Of a stretch of DNA of 64,000 nt, positions 8,742 through 18,002 are shown piece after piece. The stretch's first letter is position 1. Every line of letters begins with the position of its first letter. The position numbers were made by a program, and so were the translations under genes. Source of the DNA: Bacteriovoracia bacterium (GTDB taxonomy: Bacteria > Bdellovibrionota > UBA1018 > JBFWNL01); the NCBI GenBank assembly GCA_050251055.1, contig JBFWNL010000001.1, forward strand, positions 697,210-761,209, in the 5' to 3' direction. The notes beneath the pieces are model-generated. The model searched no databases. It saw only the letters and a program-made list of their open reading frames with translations, and was not told the DNA's origin.

Positions 8742-10772
8742 TTATTTATCTAGAAAGGCGACGAACGCCGGCGGCACCAACAGGGCACAATCGTGAGTCA
8801 ACTCCAACCCGCGATAAGTTACGACTTGCGATGCGTCGCGAGCCTGAACGAGATCTGGAAAACGTTTCGCGGAAGGACCGCAAGCGTCGCCAACCGCGAC
8901 TTCGTTCTCCCAGAACAGCACGACCTTGAGATCGGCCCGCATCCGCACCGCTAGTTTTTCGCCGCGAATTCCGTCGGCTCTCAAGGCATTCACATCGATG
9001 AAGTTCGCTTCTTTCAGGGACGGAGGCACCTTGCTCAGACGTCGCCCTAGCCGTTTGGCCAGCAACGGAAAGCCTTCCGCCAACACGCCGATGTTTCGGT
9101 GATCGACACTGACATTGCGTAGAAGAAACTGGGCATCCCGCCGGACCCGGTGGAAATCCCGTGCCTTGCGGGCGCCGATGTTCTTTAGGGCAGCGTTTTC
9201 ACCATAGAGGTTCTCCATGGCCTCCTTATAGACGCCCATCCAACCACCATAAACGTTGTCGAACCAGTAGTGATCCTGCCAGCCATAGTACTGAAGATAG
9301 TCGTCCGCCCGTCCGCGTGTCCCGCATGCGTGCGCCCCGACGATCAAGGACAGGACTGCCAACGCCCAGGAGAGACTCACCGGCCAGGTGAACTGCGTGG
9401 CCGCGGGTCGCCGCGCCGGCCAAGCTAGCGCGAGTAAGCAGAACCCAACCACGAGTGGAAAGGGCTCCAGCCAGACTAAATCTTGCATTCGGTCCGTGCG
9501 AGTTCCGAAAGCGGTGTTTAAAACGACCAATCCCTCGAGACCTAGCGCCAGCGCCACCCGTCCCCGTTCTCGCACTCGTCGCGAAGCCAGGAAAACAAAG
9601 AATGCGGCCAAGTTGGCGCCAAAAATCCACGGGTACAGCGCGACCTGATCTACGAGGGTGCTCCAGAATCCCTCCCACGTACGGATTTGAACCGACGCCG
9701 GGATCCGCACAAAGAGCATCTTGAAGTCATAAAGAAAGTATTTTGCCCCCATGCGCGGGGAAAGGTAGACAAAAAAGTGGAGCGCGAATGAAGCAAAAAC
9801 CCCGCTCATGACGAGGGTGATCGAGCGAACCATTCCTTCCCAAGGGCGATATGCGCGCCAACGTGGGCCAAGATAAACGGCAAGCGCTAAACCGACCAAG
9901 AGCAAGGCCATCGCTTTAGCGAAGAGATTTATCTTGAAGGACTCATGAAATGTCCCGAGATCAAACGGAATCGGGACCCGATAGGCGACGAACAAACAAA
10001 CCAAGAAGAATCCCAAATTCCCGGCAGCGAGCCAACGCCACATCTGGCGCCCGAACCGATGGCGTTCCGGGATTTGAACCAACTCCGCCATCGTAACCCG
10101 ATTAAACTGGGCGAACACGAAAAGCATCAAGGGTACGGCCGCCAAGATGAAGATGGGCTGGATTTTGGTCAAGAACGCCAGTCCCAACGCGACTCCGCCC
10201 AAAAAAACACCGCCCAATCGCCCAACGGGGCGCGCCGCGCGTACGGCGCAGGCCAGTGCGAACCAGCCAGCGGCGAGAAACAGCATCCCATAGATTTCGG
10301 AGCGGACCAACGTCGCGTGAAAGAGGCCGCCCTCGAGTAAGCCAAAGAGCAGGAGCAGCCACACCCGCGCCCCGCCGGTGAGTCGAAAGGCGCGGACGAC
10401 CGCGGCCCACATGAAAAACACCGTAGCGAGCGCAACTGCAGGCGAAAGCTTGCGGATAAAGTCGGTGTGCTCCGCCATCGCCGCCATGGGATTGAGAGCG
10501 ACCTTGAGATCGGGATAGTCAAATACGGAGAGTTCGCCCCAAAGCTGCACGAAACGCTGGGCCCACGCCACAAGGAAATATAGGCCAAAGCTTGGATGAT
10601 TTAAGTGCACCGGGGTCTGGCCACTTTGAATGATGAGAGTGTCGATGGAAACCGTGAGATCCATGTCCCACGCGAAATAATACGGATAACTCGCGTAAAG
10701 CCGAAAGTAGACGAAGTACAAGCTAACGGCGACCAGGCCGAGGACTACATTCTCCCAGGCGCGTTTGGTCAT
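8742..10772 (-). CDS. GT-C-fold (ArnT/PMT-like) membrane glycosyltransferase with C-terminal soluble domain
   Basis: 676-aa ORF. The polytopic N-terminal ~500 aa carry an acidic first-loop motif (FAWDMD) and NHPSFGLY (compare HPPL in ArnT/PMT). The hydrophilic C-terminal ~170 aa follow. The family call is motif-level only. Confidence 0.6.
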   Translation of the reverse strand: MTKRAWENVVLGLVAVSLYFVYFRLYASYPYYFAWDMDLTVSIDTLIIQSGQTPVHLNHPSFGLYFLVAWAQRFVQLWGELSVFDYPDLKVALNPMAAMAEHTDFIRKLSPAVALATVFFMWAAVVRAFRLTGGARVWLLLLFGLLEGGLFHATLVRSEIYGMLFLAAGWFALACAVRAARPVGRLGGVFLGGVALGLAFLTKIQPIFILAAVPLMLFVFAQFNRVTMAELVQIPERHRFGRQMWRWLAAGNLGFFLVCLFVAYRVPIPFDLGTFHESFKINLFAKAMALLLVGLALAVYLGPRWRAYRPWEGMVRSITLVMSGVFASFALHFFVYLSPRMGAKYFLYDFKMLFVRIPASVQIRTWEGFWSTLVDQVALYPWIFGANLAAFFVFLASRRVRERGRVALALGLEGLVVLNTAFGTRTDRMQDLVWLEPFPLVVGFCLLALAWPARRPAATQFTWPVSLSWALAVLSLIVGAHACGTRGRADDYLQYYGWQDHYWFDNVYGGWMGVYKEAMENLYGENAALKNIGARKARDFHRVRRDAQFLLRNVSVDHRNIGVLAEGFPLLAKRLGRRLSKVPPSLKEANFIDVNALRADGIRGEKLAVRMRADLKVVLFWENEVAVGDACGPSAKRFPDLVQARDASQVVTYRGLELTHDCALLVPPAFVAFLDK

Positions 10773-11569
10773 GCGGCGACGCCAGCGCTTGGTCGAAAAA
10801 ATTCGCGATAAACCGCGTAAATCATGCCAATGCAGAGCCCCAGTAAGGCACCCAAGCCGGCGAAATAGGGGTAGCGAGGGCTCACCGGTCGGTCGCTCAA
10901 CGAAGGCGGATCCACCACCTCGGACGCTTTCACTCCCACCCCATTCATCATCATTTCGGTCGAGAAGCGTGCACGCTCGAGCTTGGCGATCTCCGCCAGC
11001 AGTGTCCCTTTGTGCATTGCGATCGCGGCCCCGAGCGCGGCATCGCGTCCGGAGGCGCTATCCAATCGCTTGTCGAGATTCTCCACCAACGCGCGCTGTT
11101 TCGCGACGTCTTGACGAAGGGTATCGATATAGCTTTGATAAGCATTAGTGAATGCGTCGTACCGTTTTTGGTGGGCAGCCAACAATTTCTTCACGGCTTG
11201 TTCCACGGCATCCTTTGCCGCTTGCGGGTTGGCGGCCTTACCAATCAAGGTAATAAAGGAATCAGCGGAACGGGCGTCGAGCCTCACCCCTCCGCTACCT
11301 TCCGTCGAAGCTGTCCGCACGCGCTCGATAGCGAGGGCCATGGGTTCGATGGGATAAGGTACCATGCGTTCGGTCACCTGCTCCATTGCTCCGACCTTGC
11401 CGATTTCAATCACGGCTTTGCTGGCGTAAAGCGTCGGGCGGGTCAGCGCGGTCACGACCCCTACGACCGCGCCGACCGCGGCAAAAACCGCGATGGTTTT
11501 CCACTGCTTGCACAGTACGTTGCCCAACTCCATAAAGCCGATTTCTTGAGTAACTGCTCGCGTGTTCAT
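10769..11569 (-). CDS. Wzz-like polysaccharide co-polymerase / chain-length determinant (short, no kinase domain)
   Basis: N-terminal TM (WKTIAVFAAVGAVVGVVTAL), a coiled-coil-like periplasmic region, and a C-terminal TM after a Pro-rich segment (PRYPYFAGLGALLGLCIGMIYAV). 4-nt overlap with the downstream gene. Confidence 0.7.
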   Translation of the reverse strand: MNTRAVTQEIGFMELGNVLCKQWKTIAVFAAVGAVVGVVTALTRPTLYASKAVIEIGKVGAMEQVTERMVPYPIEPMALAIERVRTASTEGSGGVRLDARSADSFITLIGKAANPQAAKDAVEQAVKKLLAAHQKRYDAFTNAYQSYIDTLRQDVAKQRALVENLDKRLDSASGRDAALGAAIAMHKGTLLAEIAKLERARFSTEMMMNGVGVKASEVVDPPSLSDRPVSPRYPYFAGLGALLGLCIGMIYAVYREFFRPSAGVAA

Positions 11570-11605
11570 GTGATTCGAATTATATAACTCGTCGAAAAAA
11601 GTCCA

Positions 11606-12889
11606 CTAAACAGTGTGCCCCCTATAACTGAAAATCAAGCTAATCAGCAGGACCACCGGCAACATAAAAGAAGGATATTCGAGCCAGTTGTCCGAAAGGC
11701 ACAAGACGGGCACCAAGACCAGGAGACCAAACCCGACGAAGCGTAGTGCTTCGGATGCGACAACTTGAGAAAGCCGCATGCCTAGCGCCAGAGCCGCTAG
11801 GACCACTATTAACAGACCCACCAATCCCAACTCCATGACCCACGATTGCACAGATTGAAAGGGCTGCTGCAAGACCCCATCCTGATAGGGGATGCTGCGG
11901 CTGATACGGTTCCAAAGCGGGTAGATGTTCTCGTAAGTGGCCTCGCTCATCGACACCGGCAGGTCACCCGCCTGATCGGAAAGGTATTCGCCGGTAAGAA
12001 TCATCGCCGCCCGACTGGAATACTGCCCCAAACCCGCACCGAAGATCATCTGTGTACCGTGCTCCGACAGATAGTTCCAGCTACGTTGCACGGCTCGCGC
12101 CTTGCCGAGCCGCAGCTCTTCTCCCGACACTAACGCTCCGAACGTCACGCGCAGCGTTTTCTCCAGGTACTCGAGATTATCGCGCTGAGTGTATCCGAAA
12201 ACCAGGAAACCCAAGATCCCGGCCACCACCACCACCCCGCGCAGCCGCCACATGCGACCCAAGGGGGACCAAAGGACGATAACGCCCACCGCCGCGAAAA
12301 ACAGCACGCTGACGAAAATCGCCGAACCATAAATCGCGCCCAGGACCGATGCCACCACTCCCGGCAGCACGTAAAAAGCGCGAAAGCCAAAACCGTAGGC
12401 GCACATCAAGACAAAGGCTTGCAGCCAGAGCTTCACCACCAGCAGATGGGAGTGCGTAAGCAACGTTCCCACCACAGCGTCGCCATCACCGCCGTATCGG
12501 AAGATAAAAGTCCCCTGCATAAGGTAGAGCTGGGCTAAACCGAGCATGAATTCAAAAATCGACGTGAACGCGAGCGCGGCTACCATGACGTGGAACAATC
12601 GTTCCGGGTTTCGCCAGCGCCAACCCAATAGAGCGAGCGAACCATACGTGAGAAGTCCAAGCGCGAAGTTGAGCGGCAGGAAATCCTCGGCATGCCAAAG
12701 CGCCCCCAGTAGGATCAACGCAATAAAAGCGAAATTCACCAACCACCCGTAACGACCCCACCGCAACCGCCCGCTCAGTAGGCCATAGAAAAGCACGACG
12801 AGCGGCAAACCGTAAACCACGCCCTGAAGCGCGCCCTTCACTGGAAACCAGCTGACTAATATAAGCGATAAGAAAAGCAGGGTTTCCAT
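11606..12889 (-). CDS. O-antigen polymerase/ligase family (Wzy_C-type) membrane protein
   Basis: ORF track 11606..13264, but the first 125 codons overlap the upstream GT2 gene in another frame and are Arg/Gly-rich. The realistic start is ATG 12889 (METLLFLSLILV), which shares one nt with the upstream TGA. Polytopic; QSVQSWVMELGLVGLL resembles the Wzy_C E.G..G motif. Confidence 0.7.
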   Translation of the reverse strand: METLLFLSLILVSWFPVKGALQGVVYGLPLVVLFYGLLSGRLRWGRYGWLVNFAFIALILLGALWHAEDFLPLNFALGLLTYGSLALLGWRWRNPERLFHVMVAALAFTSIFEFMLGLAQLYLMQGTFIFRYGGDGDAVVGTLLTHSHLLVVKLWLQAFVLMCAYGFGFRAFYVLPGVVASVLGAIYGSAIFVSVLFFAAVGVIVLWSPLGRMWRLRGVVVVAGILGFLVFGYTQRDNLEYLEKTLRVTFGALVSGEELRLGKARAVQRSWNYLSEHGTQMIFGAGLGQYSSRAAMILTGEYLSDQAGDLPVSMSEATYENIYPLWNRISRSIPYQDGVLQQPFQSVQSWVMELGLVGLLIVVLAALALGMRLSQVVASEALRFVGFGLLVLVPVLCLSDNWLEYPSFMLPVVLLISLIFSYRGHTV

Positions 12890-13710
12890 CAGCCGCGCTT
12901 CCACCAAATCCAGATCGGCTGCAGTAGCCGGTTGAGCGGCGAAGCCTTCACGCGCTTGAGTAGGCGCAGCTCGGCGACTTTGGCCGCCCACTCCCCTTCG
13001 TTTCGCCAGCGCTGAACGGGGTTGAGTTTCGGCGCGAGTAACTCCCGCGAGATCTCGCGAAACTCCGCCATCGACTGTCCCCAACGGACATCGGAGACGC
13101 CGCCGGCGTCCACCCGCGCCAGGCACTCCGTGCGCATGCGCGCACGCGCGCCGCCCACGTACGCCCGTACCAAGTGCTCGTAATCGCCCGCGATCGGATA
13201 GCGATCGGAGTAAGCGCCCATGCGAGCGAACAACTCTCGTCGATAAATCACCGCCTGGTGGCATACCCGATTGTAGCCCAGCAGGTTACCCAGGAAGCTC
13301 CCGCGAGGGCGCGTGGCGTAGCGTAACCGCCCTCCCTGCCAGCGCTCGGCCGCGCCGATCACCAGGTCGAGCTTCGCGTCGCGCGCGAACTCCCCCAGGA
13401 AGTCGAGCGCTACCCGCGCGTCGGCCGCGCGGTCGCCCCCGTTCAAAAACCAAAGCTGGTCCCCTTCGGCCTCCGCGATGCCGTCGTTCATGGCGGTATA
13501 GACGCCGCGAGCCTCGCGCACCACGTGCTTAAGCGGCCAATTCTTCAACCCCGCGATCACCCCGGCGTTCACGGCGGGTGAACCGTCGACGATCACGTGC
13601 TGCCAACGTCGACCGCGTCCGGCGCACGTAGCCGCGAACGGCTCGAGCGACGCGCAGGTAGCGGCCAGGGCATTCGGATCATTATATGTGATAGTGATGA
13701 TCGAAAGCAT
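12889..13710 (-). CDS. glycosyltransferase family 2
   Basis: MLSIITITYNDPNALAATCASL...VIVDGSP...WFLNGGD: GT2 N-terminal signature with a DxD-equivalent. Confidence 0.8.
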   Translation of the reverse strand: MLSIITITYNDPNALAATCASLEPFAATCAGRGRRWQHVIVDGSPAVNAGVIAGLKNWPLKHVVREARGVYTAMNDGIAEAEGDQLWFLNGGDRAADARVALDFLGEFARDAKLDLVIGAAERWQGGRLRYATRPRGSFLGNLLGYNRVCHQAVIYRRELFARMGAYSDRYPIAGDYEHLVRAYVGGARARMRTECLARVDAGGVSDVRWGQSMAEFREISRELLAPKLNPVQRWRNEGEWAAKVAELRLLKRVKASPLNRLLQPIWIWWKRG

Positions 13711-13721
13711 TGCGCAAACCT

Positions 13722-14555
13722 TTAAGACGTCATCACCGTTTGCAAGCTACGCTTCAGCAAGCGAGCTGAATTCAAGAGCTTCGCCGAGGCCGAGGGCGAA
13801 TACTTCAAGATCAAAGTCAAATGACAGCGCAGGTTATTCGAGGAACGGATACTGAAGAGATCCTTGAACTTCGACCAAGCAGGACGGGGTGGCTGCCCAC
13901 CCAGGCCGGCGCGGTCTTTGTGATAGACAGCGGCCTGCCGGGACATCAGCAACCGGTAACCCGCGCGTTTAGCCCGAATAAAAAACTCCATATCCGCCGC
14001 GTAATGCGGGAGCGTCGTCTGATCGAATAACCCCAGGCGCCGAAAAAGCTCGATCGGAATCAGCGTGCCCCGACACGCGAGCGTGTCGACCTCGATCCAA
14101 GGCGGCGACTCCGCGTACGGGACCTTATTAAAAAGATACTTCTGCCAGTCGATGCGATAGCCGCTGTCTTCGACGTGGTTGCGCTCAAAAAAGTTCCGCG
14201 CCACCGAGCCCACGACCGCGCGATCCTGGGATACCGAAACGTCCATGAGCGTCTGCAGGAAGTCGGGACCGAACTCCGTGTCATCGTTCAAAGTCATTAC
14301 GTAATCACCGTCCTGCGCGCGCTCCAGGATGTGGCGCAGGCCGGCGTTCATGGATTTCGTCCACCACCAATCGCCGGGTCCGCGTAGGACTTGCACGTCC
14401 GGAAACTCGGCGCGAATCGCGTCCCCCGATCCATCGGTGGAACCATCATCGAAGATCACCACCCGAAACGCCGGGCCTTTGAGCGCGGAAATGCAGCGCA
14501 AGCACTCCAACGTCAGCGCTTTGCGGTTATAGATGGCGAATAGGATGTAAACCAT
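13722..14555 (-). CDS. glycosyltransferase family 2
   Basis: VYILFAIYNRKALTLECLRCI...VVIFDDGSTDGS...MTLNDDTEF (DxD). Confidence 0.82.
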   Translation of the reverse strand: MVYILFAIYNRKALTLECLRCISALKGPAFRVVIFDDGSTDGSGDAIRAEFPDVQVLRGPGDWWWTKSMNAGLRHILERAQDGDYVMTLNDDTEFGPDFLQTLMDVSVSQDRAVVGSVARNFFERNHVEDSGYRIDWQKYLFNKVPYAESPPWIEVDTLACRGTLIPIELFRRLGLFDQTTLPHYAADMEFFIRAKRAGYRLLMSRQAAVYHKDRAGLGGQPPRPAWSKFKDLFSIRSSNNLRCHLTLILKYSPSASAKLLNSARLLKRSLQTVMTS

Positions 14556-14576
14556 CGTGTTACTCTTAGGTCGCCC

Positions 14577-15443
14577 CTAGGTCTCGCTAATACGCAGGAG
14601 GTATTGACCATATTCGGTCTTCGCCATGCCTTCGCCGAGCGCCTTGAGCGCGCCGCGATCAATGAAGCCCATGCGGTAGGCGACTTCCTCGGGACAGCCG
14701 ATTTTCAACCCTTGGCGGGTTTCGACCGTATGGATGAACATGCCGGCCTGCAGGAGGGACTCGTAAGTTCCGGTATCCAGCCACGCCAATCCGCGGCCCA
14801 GGAGCTCCACCTTTAAATCCCCCCGCTCCATGTACAAGCGGTTGAGGTCGGTGATCTCGAGCTCGCCGCGCCCCGAAGGCCGCACGCGCTTGGCCATCTC
14901 GACCACGTCGCGATCGTAGAAATAGATTCCCGGCACGGCGTAGTTGGACTTCGGCTTCGCCGGTTTTTCTTCGAGCGAAAGCACCTTGCCGTCTTTGGCG
15001 AATTCCACGACGCCGTAGTTCTGCGGATCACGGGTCGGATAACCGAAGATGGTCGCACCTTTTTTCAGGGTCGCGGACCGCGCCAGGAGATCACTGAACC
15101 CGTGGCCATAGAAAAGATTGTCGCCCAAGACCAAACAAGCCGAATCACCGGCGAGGAATTCCTCCCCGAGCAAGAACGCCTCCGCCAGCCCACGTGGCGC
15201 GCTCTGGGTCGCGTACTCGATGCGAATGCCCCACTTCGAGCCGTCGCCCATCAGGCGCTGAAACGCCGGACCATCCTGCGGCGTCGTGATGACCAGGATT
15301 TCCTTCATGCCCGCGAGCATCAACGTCGTCAGCGGGTAGTACACCATCGGCTTGTCGTAAATCGGCAAGAGCTGTTTGCTCGTGCCCAAGGTGATGGGAT
15401 GCAGGCGGGTGCCGCTGCCTCCGGCCAAGATGATTCCCTTCAT
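14577..15443 (-). CDS. rfbA: glucose-1-phosphate thymidylyltransferase
   Basis: MKGIILAGGSGTRLHPITLGTSKQLLPIYDKPMVYYPLTTLMLAGMKEILVITTPQD...LEITDLN. The start is taken at the MKG ATG (track start 15464), giving an ATGA overlap with rfbB. Confidence 0.95.
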   Translation of the reverse strand: MKGIILAGGSGTRLHPITLGTSKQLLPIYDKPMVYYPLTTLMLAGMKEILVITTPQDGPAFQRLMGDGSKWGIRIEYATQSAPRGLAEAFLLGEEFLAGDSACLVLGDNLFYGHGFSDLLARSATLKKGATIFGYPTRDPQNYGVVEFAKDGKVLSLEEKPAKPKSNYAVPGIYFYDRDVVEMAKRVRPSGRGELEITDLNRLYMERGDLKVELLGRGLAWLDTGTYESLLQAGMFIHTVETRQGLKIGCPEEVAYRMGFIDRGALKALGEGMAKTEYGQYLLRISET

Positions 15444-16432
15444 GCCATTCGCTCCAAGTACCACTTCACGGTGGCGCGCAGTTGTCCTTCGAATTCACCT
15501 GCCGGACGCCAACCCAGCTCCTCGCGCACGCGCGTGGAATCGATCGCATAGCGGAAGTCGTGCCCCAGGCGATCGGTCACGAACTGGATCAGGTTCGCGT
15601 AGTCGCCTTGCGGGCCCTTTCCCACCAGCTCGTTCAACGACTGGCAGATGGTCTCCACCATCTTGATGTTTTCAAGCTCGTGTTCGGCGCCGATGTTGTA
15701 AACGCCGCCCGCCTGACCGCGCTTGAACACACGCGTGATCGCGTCGCAGTGATCGGTGACGTAGAGCCAATCGCGCTTGTTCTTACCGTTTCCGTAGACC
15801 GGGATCGGCTGACCTTTCAAGGCGGTGCGGATCACGGTCGGGATGAGCTTTTCGGCGTGCTGGTGCGGGCCGAAGTTGTTCGAGCAATGCGTGATCATCA
15901 CGCGCATGCCGTAAGTGACGTGATAGGCGCGCGCGAAGTGATCGGACGCGGCCTTCGACGCCGAGTAAGGCGAGTTCGGCGCGTACGGGGTTTTCTCCGT
16001 GAAGACCCCGGTCGGGCCCAGGCTGCCGTACACTTCGTCCGTGGAAACATGCACGAACGGTGGAGCCTTGAGGTCGCCGGTCAGCCAAAGCTGGCGGCAC
16101 TCTTCCAAGAGGTTGAACGTCCCCACGACGTTCGAGTTAACGAACGCCTGCGGGTCCTTGATCGAATTATCGACGTGGGACTCGGCCGCGAGATGGATCA
16201 CGCCTTCGGGGCGGAACGCCTGTACGGCTTCCTTCACCCGTGCCCGGTCCACCAGATCCACTTGCTGGAATTGGTAGGCGGGACTCCCCGCGACGCCTTT
16301 CAGGTAATCCAGATTGGAGGCATAACCCAGTTTATCGAGGTTCAGGATTTGGTCGCCCGGCGATTCCTTGATCCACTGCAAAATCAGGTGGGAACCAATG
16401 AATCCGGCGCCTCCAGTAACGAGAATTCGCAT
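15440..16432 (-). CDS. rfbB: dTDP-glucose 4,6-dehydratase
   Basis: MRILVTGGAGFIGSHL...VHVSTDEVYG...SPYSASKAASDH (YxxxK)...CSNNFGPHQHAEKLIP. Confidence 0.95.
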   Translation of the reverse strand: MRILVTGGAGFIGSHLILQWIKESPGDQILNLDKLGYASNLDYLKGVAGSPAYQFQQVDLVDRARVKEAVQAFRPEGVIHLAAESHVDNSIKDPQAFVNSNVVGTFNLLEECRQLWLTGDLKAPPFVHVSTDEVYGSLGPTGVFTEKTPYAPNSPYSASKAASDHFARAYHVTYGMRVMITHCSNNFGPHQHAEKLIPTVIRTALKGQPIPVYGNGKNKRDWLYVTDHCDAITRVFKRGQAGGVYNIGAEHELENIKMVETICQSLNELVGKGPQGDYANLIQFVTDRLGHDFRYAIDSTRVREELGWRPAGEFEGQLRATVKWYLERMA

Positions 16433-16446
16433 GAAAAGTTAAATAA

Positions 16447-16465
16447 CCGCCGGCACTTCCGGTGG
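16447..16465 (-). terminator. stem-loop followed by a U-rich tract immediately upstream of rfbB (possible partial terminator/attenuator or mRNA processing-stability element)
   Basis: On the minus strand, CCACCGG-AAGUG-CCGGCGG forms a 7-bp stem with one G-U pair, followed by UUAUUUAACUUUUC and then the rfbB AUG. It lies in the only sizeable (82-nt) gap of this part of the run. Confidence 0.3.
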
Positions 16466-16514
16466 CAAAGAAAAACCGCCTCGTAGGATCAGACACCCAA
16501 TATCACGCGATGCG

Positions 16515-17999
16515 TCACAGCCCGAATTCGTATACCGACACCTTCGGGGTGGAAAATACTTCTTTAAAGCCATGCTGGCCGGGGTCCGGCAGTTTCATTC
16601 CCGTCATTAAGACACAGGGACTCTTTTTCTTTAACTCCTCGGCCGTATAGCCATGGTCGTTAAATTGAACGAAGACTCGCCCCTCCCCGTTGTAAAACAA
16701 CGCCTCCGGATACAGCCGATTCAAGTGCCACGAAAAGCGGTTAGCCAGGATATCGCCCAACCGAAACGCGGCGGGCACCCCAGACCCCAGATAAGTCGTG
16801 CCTTGCCGGCACTCCGGGCGGTTTTGGAGATACTGCGTCAACTGCTCCTCCGCGCGTACGTACTCCCGCTTTTCCGAAACGCCACGATAGTGCCCGACCG
16901 CGCCCACCAACAAAGTGCCGGCGACAAGCCAAGGCAACGGACGCCGGCTCTGAGCCGCCTGAGTTAAGTGCCGAGCGCAGAGCCACGCCAAGATCACGAA
17001 CGAAGGCAGTAGATAGTGAGGCGCGGGATGCTTCAATACGACCAGAAACTGGAGAGTGCAGGCGATTACCGCTCCCACGAAGAACCGATCCCGCCGTCCA
17101 TGAGCAATAATGAAGAACCAGGCACCGCCCAAGAGGCAGTAGAATTCCGGAATTTTACCGGCCAAGGAAATGAAATGACTACCCAGGGCCTTGAAATCAA
17201 CGAAGCCCGCGTCGCCGCTACCGTACCTACCGGTGTGCGTCAGCAAGGATGAGAGCCAGAGCTGGAGCCGATCCAACTGCGACGAAATGGGCAAGAGCCA
17301 GCAAACCATGAAAACAACCAGAAACAACCAGAACCACAACGTCCGGCGTTGACGTCCGGAAAAGGTCGGCCAGACGAGCAGTGGCAGGAAAACGACCTTG
17401 CTGGATATCGCGGTCGCGCCCGCGAGCGCCGCGCGCCACCCCGGCTTGAATGGCAAACCGGGCGCAGGCTCCATGAAATACGCGAAGAGCAGGGTCGCCA
17501 ACACCAAAGTCTGCTCCGCGGTGAACTGATGGAGCAAATCCATCAGCGTCGGCGAAGATAACAGGCACAGCGCGAAGAAAAACGAAAAGGAATCCTGCGT
17601 CCGCCCGGAAGTCCGGCGATGGATCCAAAGCAATAAAAACGCGAAGGCAATCCGAAAGACCCAAGAGACCGTGGATAAATAAGCCTCCGGCGACTTCAGC
17701 ACCGCCGAGGTGATGTCCTCGCGTTCGCTACCCACTGCCCGGGCGATTCCGTAGTGCACCCCCATCGCGACCGCCCCCACGATCTGGGCCGGCGTACCGG
17801 GATGATCGACGTAACGGGCTTGATCCCGATTCAAAATCGTCAAGGAGCTGAGCAGATAGCCGTAATCGGGATCGGAATTCGCGCCGAGATAGACGGGGCC
17901 GCTCACCACGCGATAGCCGGAAACCACCACCATGATGGCCAGCCAGGCGCCGAAGAAGCGGGCGTTGGATGGGCTCAGGCCAAAACGCGAAAGCAACAA
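16515..17999 (-). CDS. GT-C-like polytopic membrane protein (ArnT/PMT-like, uncharacterised)
   Basis: 494-aa ORF with many TM segments. The first loop contains SDPDYGY and VDHPGTPAQ (acidic plus HP motif, as in GT-C enzymes). The C-terminal ~110 aa are hydrophilic. Confidence 0.55.
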   Translation of the reverse strand: MLLSRFGLSPSNARFFGAWLAIMVVVSGYRVVSGPVYLGANSDPDYGYLLSSLTILNRDQARYVDHPGTPAQIVGAVAMGVHYGIARAVGSEREDITSAVLKSPEAYLSTVSWVFRIAFAFLLLWIHRRTSGRTQDSFSFFFALCLLSSPTLMDLLHQFTAEQTLVLATLLFAYFMEPAPGLPFKPGWRAALAGATAISSKVVFLPLLVWPTFSGRQRRTLWFWLFLVVFMVCWLLPISSQLDRLQLWLSSLLTHTGRYGSGDAGFVDFKALGSHFISLAGKIPEFYCLLGGAWFFIIAHGRRDRFFVGAVIACTLQFLVVLKHPAPHYLLPSFVILAWLCARHLTQAAQSRRPLPWLVAGTLLVGAVGHYRGVSEKREYVRAEEQLTQYLQNRPECRQGTTYLGSGVPAAFRLGDILANRFSWHLNRLYPEALFYNGEGRVFVQFNDHGYTAEELKKKSPCVLMTGMKLPDPGQHGFKEVFSTPKVSVYEFGL

Positions 18000-18002
18000 C
18001 GC

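Noticed and set aside
12890-13264. 125-codon N-terminal extension of the ORF 11606..13264 (MPPGGDLSTRVVRSHGRLLRSL...).
   Set aside because: It lies entirely inside the well-supported GT2 gene 12889..13710 in another frame and is Arg/Gly-rich low complexity. The membrane protein begins naturally at METLLFLSL (ATG 12889) with stop/start coupling.
15482-16486. 334-aa plus-strand ORF covering almost the whole rfbB gene on the opposite strand. Similar long antisense ORFs occur at 17754..19094, 25513..26682, 32161..33198, 41960..43147, 51641..52429, 52439..53299, 58935..59681 and 62231..63043.
   Set aside because: Each mirrors a strongly recognisable enzyme gene on the other strand. They are Arg/Ala/Gly/His-rich with no family motifs. 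Long stop-free antisense frames are expected in GC-rich coding DNA.
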